Shown: one piece after another, positions 9,688 to 16,640 of the stretch
Position numbering within the stretch: the stretch's first letter is position 1
Layout of the letters: the number at the start of each line of letters is the position of its first letter
Assembly (NCBI GenBank): GCA_963727505.1
Contig: CAVSGP010000009.1
Coordinates: 96,001-160,000, forward strand
Length of the DNA: 64,000 nt
Origin: an uncultured Trueperaceae bacterium
GTDB taxonomy: Bacteria > Deinococcota > Deinococci > Deinococcales > Trueperaceae
Direction of reading: 5' to 3'
Notes under the pieces: generated by a model
Databases searched by the model: none
Told to the model about the DNA's origin: nothing
The model's input: the letters and a program-made list of their open reading frames with translations, nothing else
Position numbers and translations under genes: made by a program

Positions 9688-10464
9688 TCAGCCCAACCAG
9701 GGCACGGGGACCTGCAGGTGGTAGAACAGCGCAATCGCGATTCCCACGGAGAAGAGCTGGTGCAACGGGACCAGCACGCCGGGCCGTTCGGACGACGCGT
9801 TGATCGCCTGGAACGTCAGGAAGCCGAGACCGACCTGCGCCAGGAGGAACAGCAGGGCCACGTTGTTGGTCGGCGTCTCGTAGGCGAGGGTCAGAAGGAA
9901 CAGCAGCACGGCCAGGCCGTGCACCACCCATACCCACTGCGCCAACGAACGCGGCCAGGTGAACACGCCGATCGCCTTGCCGAACCCCCGTTGCCCCGTC
10001 ACCATGCCACCCAAGAAGATCACCAGCAGGAACGAGTGGAGGGGAATCCCCGTCTCGAGGTAGAACCCGAGCCCCGGGCCGTGGGTCAGCATCAGGAGGT
10101 AGGTGAACAGCGTCGAGTAGGCGAGCAGACCGTGGAGACCCTGCAGCGCCGAGGGCGCCTTGCCGGCCAGGACGAAGAGCGTCGCCATGCCGAGCAGCGC
10201 GGTGAACACGATGAGCCCGAGGCCGGTCCAGGCGAGGCCATCGGAACGAAGCGCCAGGATGGCCAGCGCGTTGAGGCCGAGCAGGGTCGCGATGATCCGA
10301 TGCCAGGCCTCGGGATCGCCCCCGAACGCCAGAGCCACGATGTTGCGCGTGTAGGGCCAACGCGTGCCGAGCGACAGACCGTAGCCGTAGCCTTCGACCA
10401 TGCCACCGACCACGATCAAGCCGGCGGCCAGGACCACCTGGACGAGGATGAGCCCGTATGCCAT
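9688..10464 (-). CDS. COX15/CtaA-like heme A synthase homolog, cysteine-free
   Basis: About 8 TM helices in two related halves; EAWHR plus three further His (GLHG, VVHG, PLHQ). Confidence 0.65.
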   Translation of the reverse strand: MAYGLILVQVVLAAGLIVVGGMVEGYGYGLSLGTRWPYTRNIVALAFGGDPEAWHRIIATLLGLNALAILALRSDGLAWTGLGLIVFTALLGMATLFVLAGKAPSALQGLHGLLAYSTLFTYLLMLTHGPGLGFYLETGIPLHSFLLVIFLGGMVTGQRGFGKAIGVFTWPRSLAQWVWVVHGLAVLLFLLTLAYETPTNNVALLFLLAQVGLGFLTFQAINASSERPGVLVPLHQLFSVGIAIALFYHLQVPVPWLG

Positions 10465-10542
10465 CGACGCACAGCCTACCGTGACCCGCGCCTCGGCGGC
10501 GCGGGTTCGGCCGGGCGGGCGTGAACGGCGGCTGGACGAGCC

Positions 10543-10824
10543 TCAGGCGGGAGCGGCGTACTCCAGCTGGTCCACGAGACGGTCCAGGGCGTCGAAACCG
10601 TGCACGCGCGCGATCTCGAGCGGGCTGCGATTCTTGAGCTCGGCGTCGGGCGTGTTCAGGAAACGCCGGATGCGCGCCTCGTCGTGGTCGAAGACGGACG
10701 TCAGGCGCCGCACCACGGACGGAGCGAGATGCGCACTCTCGCGCACCCGCTTCGCCGGCGCCAGATAGCGCAAGAGTCTTCGCTGCAGGCGCTGTTCAGC
10801 TTCGGGCCGATCGATCTGGTCCAT
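10543..10824 (-). CDS. Xre/MbcA/ParS-type antitoxin C-terminal domain protein (orphan)
   Basis: VFDHDEARIRRFLNTPDAELKNRSPLE...G..L..LEY pattern; GGAGG RBS. Confidence 0.65.
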   Translation of the reverse strand: MDQIDRPEAEQRLQRRLLRYLAPAKRVRESAHLAPSVVRRLTSVFDHDEARIRRFLNTPDAELKNRSPLEIARVHGFDALDRLVDQLEYAAPA

Positions 10825-11033
10825 CGAACTCGCCTCCACATGACGAGGCTAGGGGGCGGCCGTGAGTTCGCCATGACATGACGACGAGAGCGTCCTCATG
10901 CCGTCCATGGCGGCCCGTCCGGGCGTTCGCGGTTCGTTCACACAGCCTCCCCCCAACCTTCCCACGGCAGGTCCTACGCTGCAGGAGACATCGGGGCCCT
11001 CGAACCGAACCCCGGCCCCCGAAGGAGACCACC

Positions 11034-11618
11034 ATGACCCGGAACCGCACTCTCGCCCTCAGCCTCGTGATCGCCGGGGCGCTCGTCGCCTCGATGGCGC
11101 TTGCCTACGGTCCCCGAAACGCTCAGCGCTCCGCCGGCCCGCAGGGCCCCGCGAACTTCGACCGCGGCCCGGTGGCCGGAATACAGGCTGCGACCCACGC
11201 CGATCTCGCCGCCTTGCTCGGGATCAGCGAGGACGCCCTGGTCGCCGAGCGCCAGAGCGGGAAAACGGTCGCCGATCTGCTCGTCGAGCACGGCTTGACC
11301 ACGGCCGACGCCAGCGCAACGCTCGTGGCCCAGCGTGATTCGCGCATCGACGCAGCGGTTGCCGCGGGCACGGTCGATGCCCAACGCGCCGACGTGATGA
11401 AGAGCCGCACGCCCGACGCCATCGCAGCCATGCTCACGCGTGAGCTCGGCCCGCGCGCCGGCAACATGTTCGGGCCCTCGACCGGGAACCGGAACGCGAC
11501 CCCCATGAGCACACGGGCGCAGCGTGGCGGAGGCCAGGGCTGGCAGACGGGGAACCGTGGCGGTCCCGGTATGGGCATGCACGAGCCCGGCTACCGCTTC
11601 AGCCTTCCCAACAACTGA
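11034..11618 (+). CDS. Secreted helical protein with Gly/Met-rich tail
   Basis: AAGGAG RBS; signal peptide ALA|Y; LAALLGISEDAL..ERQSGKTVADL motif. Confidence 0.7.
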   Translation: MTRNRTLALSLVIAGALVASMALAYGPRNAQRSAGPQGPANFDRGPVAGIQAATHADLAALLGISEDALVAERQSGKTVADLLVEHGLTTADASATLVAQRDSRIDAAVAAGTVDAQRADVMKSRTPDAIAAMLTRELGPRAGNMFGPSTGNRNATPMSTRAQRGGGQGWQTGNRGGPGMGMHEPGYRFSLPNN

Positions 11619-11640
11619 CCCGACGCCTCCTCCTAGCTGG

Positions 11641-11678
11641 TTGCCCGCCCGGGGTATCGCCTCCCCCCGGGCGGGCGA
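11641..11678. terminator. GC-rich hairpin between convergent genes
   Basis: GCCCGCCCGGGG ... CCCCGGGCGGGC 12-bp stem. Confidence 0.6.
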
Positions 11679-11683
11679 TCGCG

Positions 11684-12478
11684 TCATGGGACCGAAGAAG
11701 AGTCGCCGCCGATGCGCAGGTCAGGTAGGTCGGCGGCCAGCCGACGCGCGTAGGCGGGCTCGTGGTCCCAGCACGAGGCAACCTCCCAGGCGCGTAACGC
11801 CGCTTCCGCGGCCTCCCAGCCCGGGCGCGGGCGGCCGCCGAGCGCGATCGACAACGCCACCTCATCGAGGATCGACGCGTCCACGCGGGCCTCGTCCCAA
11901 TCGACCAGTGCCACGTTGCCTTCCGGCGTCACCAGGATGTTCTCGCGCTGCAGGTCCCCGTGGACGACCGAGCGCGGAGCGCCGGCGAGACGCGCCCAGG
12001 CGGCCCTGCACGCGTCGGCCACGTCGTGGGGCATGCCGTCGAGCTCGATGTCGCCGGCGCTACGACGTTCGACCATGGCGGCGCTCGATGCGAAGCCGGG
12101 GCGCTGGGTCGTCCCTCGGGTGGCGTCGTGGAAACCGCGCAGGAGAGTCCGCAGGCGGGCGAGGCTGCGGGCGTCGGCGGGACGGCCGTCGATGAAGCGT
12201 TCCAAGGTGATTCCGTCCTCGACCAGGTACCCGGCCCGGCTGCGCAGCGGTTCCGGGGTCACCAGCCCGATCTCGCGAGCCTGGACGTGCACCGCCTCGA
12301 GCCAGCTCAGCGCCTCGGCGCTGCGTCGCGTCCCTTTGGCGACGAGCGTCTCGCCGGCACGTTCGACCAGCAGGACGGGGTTGCGGTTCCCTCCCGGCAG
12401 CTCGCGCACGACGCGGAGCTCGCCCCAGGCCGTCGTGCGCTCGAGTCGTTCCTGCAAGCTGCGCGCCGAGAACGCCAC
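11684..12478 (-). CDS. Aminoglycoside phosphotransferase / choline kinase-like family kinase
   Basis: LVAK, HGDLQRENIL, LVDWD motifs; GTG start chosen from the GAAGGA RBS (track ORF is over-extended). Confidence 0.8.
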   Translation of the reverse strand: MAFSARSLQERLERTTAWGELRVVRELPGGNRNPVLLVERAGETLVAKGTRRSAEALSWLEAVHVQAREIGLVTPEPLRSRAGYLVEDGITLERFIDGRPADARSLARLRTLLRGFHDATRGTTQRPGFASSAAMVERRSAGDIELDGMPHDVADACRAAWARLAGAPRSVVHGDLQRENILVTPEGNVALVDWDEARVDASILDEVALSIALGGRPRPGWEAAEAALRAWEVASCWDHEPAYARRLAADLPDLRIGGDSSSVP

Positions 12479-12531
12479 GCGTGCCCGGCGTTCCTTCGGT
12501 TCGTCGCCCCCCACCACGTTCCTCGGTCGTC

Positions 12532-13332
12532 CTACTCGTTGGGCGGCGAGCCCGGTGGCACGGGGATTCGGCGCCGATGTTCGATGCGCATCGACGTGCC
12601 GGCGAACGCGGCCGCGTCGGCGTCGAGCGGGATGCTGGTTGACGGCGTGCCGATGCCGAACCCCTGAAGGTGGGTGACGCCCAGGTCCTTGAGTTGCTGA
12701 CGGACGGTCGGATCCTCGACGCCCTCCGCCACCACGATGCCGAAGCGGTCGAGAGCGTCCGCCACCAGATCGATGGCGCGCTGCTGGTAGGTGCCTCCGA
12801 GGAGTGCGGGCAGCAGGCTTCGATCGAGCTTGACGCCGTCGATCGGTGCGCCCTTCCGGAAGCGGTGGTCGAGGTCGTCGAAGGTCACGTCGTCGAGAAG
12901 GACGATCGCGCAATGGTCGCGCACGCCCTCGAGCCCCTGCCAGTAGGCGTCGAGATTGCGGATCTGCTGCTCGGTGAGCTCGACGACGAGGCGCTGCTGC
13001 AGCTCGGGTTTCAGGCTGCGGAGGGCGTGCACGGCAGCTGGTTGCGTCACCTGGGCGGGACTCAGGTTGATGCTCAGGCGCGCCCCGGGCGAAGCGAGCA
13101 GCGCTTCCGCGGCGCGCGCCACGGTGAAGCGCGTGAAGGCCTCGCTGCGGGTGGGGGCAAGCCAGTAGGGCAGGACGTCCAAGGGTCCACGTACCGTGCC
13201 GTCCGGAAGCCGCCAGCGCACCAGCGCCTCGTACCAATGCACGATGCCGGCCGCTGCCGATTCGATCGGCTGGAACTGATAGTGGAGGTCCTGCAGGCGG
13301 GGGTAGGGAACGTGGATGGGGTCGTACTTCAT
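12532..13332 (-). CDS. Stand-alone EAL domain protein with divergent loop 6
   Basis: FQPI, YEALVRW, SINLS, VELTE, LDD, VKLDR, AEGVE, LQGF. Confidence 0.9.
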   Translation of the reverse strand: MKYDPIHVPYPRLQDLHYQFQPIESAAAGIVHWYEALVRWRLPDGTVRGPLDVLPYWLAPTRSEAFTRFTVARAAEALLASPGARLSINLSPAQVTQPAAVHALRSLKPELQQRLVVELTEQQIRNLDAYWQGLEGVRDHCAIVLLDDVTFDDLDHRFRKGAPIDGVKLDRSLLPALLGGTYQQRAIDLVADALDRFGIVVAEGVEDPTVRQQLKDLGVTHLQGFGIGTPSTSIPLDADAAAFAGTSMRIEHRRRIPVPPGSPPNE

Positions 13333-13434
13333 GACGGTGGCGATCCCGCCTCCCCCAGGGGGCGACGCGCCCCGCGAGCGAAGGCCGCAGGGCGCGTAAC
13401 AGGTCGATGGGGCGCTACGCCCCGTGCCGCACGC

Positions 13435-13578
13435 TCAGCCCGCGTCGTAGCTTCCGGACTGACTCCCCGAGTCGGCCAGCGTCATGCTCTGGTGAGCGAT
13501 GGTCACGCCCCCGGCGGCCGAGCCGAGCAGGACGAGTGCGAGAATAGTGCTGCGGATGATCTTCTTGAGCGTGGGCAC
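13435..13578 (-). CDS. 47-aa secreted pro-peptide MPTLKKIIRSTILALVLLGSAAGGVTIAHQSMTLADSGSQSGSYDAG (not in ORF track)
   Basis: Hand-translated; AAGGAGG 5 nt before GTG; basic n-region, hydrophobic h-region, polar tail; own TAGGCT -10. Confidence 0.8.
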   Translation of the reverse strand: MPTLKKIIRSTILALVLLGSAAGGVTIAHQSMTLADSGSQSGSYDAG

Positions 13579-13652
13579 CGGGTCCTCCTTGGGTTCCTTC
13601 TTGCTGGTTTCCCCTTTGGGTCTCCTCTGTCTCTGACCCTCTTGCTGCTTGG

Positions 13653-13737
13653 AGCCTACGGGTGGGGGCGCTTCAACCCCGCTTCAACCACGCGGGCTCG
13701 GGCTGAAGCGGGGGTGGAGCGCCCCCCGGCCTACCGT
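13653..13737. promoter_or_regulatory. Mirror-symmetric divergent promoter pair, each with two 10-bp direct repeats (11-bp period) 10 nt upstream of a -10
   Basis: Minus: GGTTGAAGCG x2 (13689-13680, 13678-13669), N10, TAGGCT (13658-13653). Plus: GGCTGAAGCG (13701), GGGTGGAGCG (13712), N10, TACCGT (13732-13737). Confidence 0.75.
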
Positions 13738-13761
13738 GCGGGTCGAGAAGAGGAGGCAGGC

Positions 13762-13953
13762 ATGACGAGAGAAGAAGCCCTCCAACGGCTGGATGGAACG
13801 TGGTCGTTCGATGTCGTCGGGGACCAGGTTCTGATTCGAGAGTTGGGTCTGCTGTCGGCCGTCGACGCGATCCGTCGCGAGCGGTCGGCGGCGGGCCAGC
13901 GCCCGTTCGTCTCCACGGCGTCGTTCGAGGGGGCGGCCGCCTCCGGCGATTGA
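13762..13953 (+). CDS. 63-aa hypothetical protein (MTREEALQRLDGTWSFDVVGDQVLIRELG...)
   Basis: AGGAGG at 13751-13756, ATG at 13762, downstream of the TACCGT -10; hidden at the end of a spurious 427-aa track ORF. Confidence 0.65.
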   Translation: MTREEALQRLDGTWSFDVVGDQVLIRELGLLSAVDAIRRERSAAGQRPFVSTASFEGAAASGD

Positions 13954-14023
13954 GCGCGACCGTCGACCGCAGCTCCAGGCGTGGTCGCGCGGGAGCTCGC
14001 GCCTATGCCGGTATGCTCATGAT

Positions 14024-16495
14024 GTGTGGCTGAAGCGTCAGCTCGATCGCATCGTCGCAAGCGAGCGGCCGGTGGCGTTGCTCGGCGGCGAGCCGTACGG
14101 CGTTCCCTTCCTCATCGACGCGCTCCGTGAGCGGGAACGGCTAGCCTGGGTCACGTTGTCCCGGCGCGCGCGCGACGACGTGGTGGCACAGGGCAACGCC
14201 CTGGCGAGCGCGTTGAATCAGCAGCTCGGCGAGTCGCTCCTGCCGCACGCCTTGCCCTACCGGGCACACCTGCAGTCGTTGCGCCAGTACCGCCACGATC
14301 TTCAACCGCTGTGGATCGCCGTGTCCGGCGCCGATGTCGCGCCCGCCTTCGCGGGTGAGCTGGTCCAGCTCGCCGACTTCGGCTACCGCGTGCTGCTGGG
14401 GTTCGAGACGGACGTGCCGCCGGAGATGGACGGGCTCGATCGGTGCCTGGTGCTGGGCGTGCCCGAACTCACCGTGACCCGCGAGGACGCAGCGATGATC
14501 GCTCCCGGTGGCCTCTCTGCCGGTGAGCTCGACGCCGTTCAACGCGAGACCGGAGGGCGGTTCACGGACCTCCTGACGGTCACCCACGAACGGGCCCAGC
14601 TCCCACGCTTCCCGATCCCGACGCCGCTCGGGCCGGTGCTGCCGCAGCGCCGAGCCGAAGCCGTCGACGTTCCACTGGCGGTGCTGGGGCTCCAGCGCGA
14701 GGGTCGCCCGGTCGACGCTCTCGAGCTGGCCGTGCGGGCCGCGCCCGAGATGGTGGAGGACCTGCTGCGCACGGCGGGCCCCGCCTACCAGGACGAGGGC
14801 GCGTTGCCCCGACTGCACCTGCTCCTGTCGAGCCTGCCGCAGCCCTACCGGTCTCTCGAGCGCGTGCTGGAGTGGCGTTTCCTGGCCTCCTTCGCGACCA
14901 ACGAGTGGCGCGCCCTGGTCGAGGAGGTCGACGCCCACCTGGAGGCGTTCACGGCGCCCGAGCTTCGTGCACGGCGCGCGGGCACGCTGGCGCGCGAGGC
15001 CGGGTTCCCGCTGGCGGAGGCTGCCATGCGGGCGCGGCGCACGCCGCTGACGCTCTGGCAGTACGGGCGCATGCATCCCGACGCGCAACGGGCGGTGGAG
15101 GTGCTCAAGGAGAGCGTGCGCCTGGCGGAACAGGCCGGCACGCCGTACGAGGTGGCACGCAGCGCCGGCGTCCTGGCCGACCGCCTGGTGCACCTGGGGC
15201 AGTTCCAACGGGGCCGCTCCTGGGCGGAGTACGCCCTGCAGGTGTTCGACCAGAACGGGCTGCGAGACGGCGCACGCCGGCTGACGCTGTTCAACAACCT
15301 GGCCGTGGCCCGCATCCTCAGCGGGGACCTGGCAGGGCTGCGGCGTGGGCTCGAGGACGGGCAGGCCGCCATCGAAGGGAGCCTTCCCGAGCTCGCCGCG
15401 ACCTTCCGCGGCACGCTCGCCTGGTTCGAGCAGGCTAGCGGTCGACCGGAAGAGGCGCTCGAGCTGATGCGGGCCACTTTCGAGGGCAGCCCACGCCGGT
15501 TCCGGACGCGCTTCGGCTACCAGTTCGTGCGCTGCCTCAACGAGTTCGGACGCTACGAGGAGGCGGCCCGGGTCGCGGACGTCGCCGCGGAGCTCAGCGG
15601 CGACGCCTCGGCGCATGCCCGTCAGCTCGGGGCGCTTGCCCAGGGCATGGTGGGCGCGGTCAAGGGCGACGCGACCGCGGTCGACGACCTGCTCGGTGTC
15701 GTGATCGACGGTTCCCTCCCCGCCGAGCAGCGCCTGACGGCGGCGCTCCACGGCCTGCTGGTCGACCCCGCGGGCTGGCACCGCTACCCACCCGACGTCG
15801 TCGAAGTGCTCCGGGGCCTCGACGGCGGCGCGCTGCGCGTGCTCAGCGGGCCCGCGTCGGTCTTCCAGGGCGTCTGGGACACCCTCGTACCGGTGCGCGC
15901 GGAGCTGCGGCTGGAGTTCCTCGGGCGCGTCTCCTGCCGCCTGGGCGGCAAGGAGATCGGGCTGGCGCCGCGCATGGCGGAGACCGCGCTGGCGCTGGCG
16001 CTCCACCCCGACGGGATGACGCGCGAGGAGCTCAACGCCTTCCTGGCGCCCGACGGCACCGCCGGGCTGTCACCGAGCGGTATGCGGGCCACGCTCACCC
16101 GCTTGCGGGCCCTGCTACCGGTCAGCGACGCGCCCTACCGGTTCGCCGTGGCGTACACGGCCGACATCCTGCAGGCGCGGCGTCACCTTCTGGAGAAGCG
16201 CGTTCGCGAGGCTGTCACGCTGCTGCGTGGGCCGCTCCTTCCCGAGAGCGAGGCGCTCGGCGTCGAGGAGCAGCGCTGGATCCTGGAGGAGGAGCTCCGG
16301 CAGGCCGTCCTCGAGGCTGCGGATCCGGACGCCCTCTTCGACCTCGCCGACCGGCTTCAGGACGACGTGCAGCTGTGGGAAGCCGCGGTCGGCGCGCTCC
16401 CGCCGGGCGATCCTCGCAGGGCCCTGGCGCGCGCGCGTCTGCACCGCGGCCAGAGCGAGCAGGTTCCGCCGGCGCGAGGCCCGGCCCAGGCCTGA
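14024..16495 (+). CDS. Large transcriptional regulator: degenerate MalT/STAND-like N-terminus, TPR-like region, C-terminal wHTH plus BTAD (SARP-type)
   Basis: AWVTLS...DD and ELTVTREDA...ETGG MalT-like segments; LRLEFLG, ALHPDGMTREEL, TLTRLR, LLRGPLLPES; leaderless TATGCT-N6-GTG. Confidence 0.75.
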   Translation: MWLKRQLDRIVASERPVALLGGEPYGVPFLIDALRERERLAWVTLSRRARDDVVAQGNALASALNQQLGESLLPHALPYRAHLQSLRQYRHDLQPLWIAVSGADVAPAFAGELVQLADFGYRVLLGFETDVPPEMDGLDRCLVLGVPELTVTREDAAMIAPGGLSAGELDAVQRETGGRFTDLLTVTHERAQLPRFPIPTPLGPVLPQRRAEAVDVPLAVLGLQREGRPVDALELAVRAAPEMVEDLLRTAGPAYQDEGALPRLHLLLSSLPQPYRSLERVLEWRFLASFATNEWRALVEEVDAHLEAFTAPELRARRAGTLAREAGFPLAEAAMRARRTPLTLWQYGRMHPDAQRAVEVLKESVRLAEQAGTPYEVARSAGVLADRLVHLGQFQRGRSWAEYALQVFDQNGLRDGARRLTLFNNLAVARILSGDLAGLRRGLEDGQAAIEGSLPELAATFRGTLAWFEQASGRPEEALELMRATFEGSPRRFRTRFGYQFVRCLNEFGRYEEAARVADVAAELSGDASAHARQLGALAQGMVGAVKGDATAVDDLLGVVIDGSLPAEQRLTAALHGLLVDPAGWHRYPPDVVEVLRGLDGGALRVLSGPASVFQGVWDTLVPVRAELRLEFLGRVSCRLGGKEIGLAPRMAETALALALHPDGMTREELNAFLAPDGTAGLSPSGMRATLTRLRALLPVSDAPYRFAVAYTADILQARRHLLEKRVREAVTLLRGPLLPESEALGVEEQRWILEEELRQAVLEAADPDALFDLADRLQDDVQLWEAAVGALPPGDPRRALARARLHRGQSEQVPPARGPAQA

Positions 16496-16640
16496 GGCCT
16501 CGAACGTCCCTCCGCGACGGCCTTCCCCGAAAATGCTGATCGAGCATGGTGGAAAACGATACACTACGCGCCAGGCCCGAAATCCGCCTTGTACGCCCGC
16601 TGCGGGTGTCGGGCGAAGGAAGCTCCCATTCGGAGGTGAC

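Noticed and set aside
12670..13953. 427-aa plus-strand ORF
   Set aside because: Antisense to the EAL and peptide genes; only the last 63 codons have an RBS and promoter
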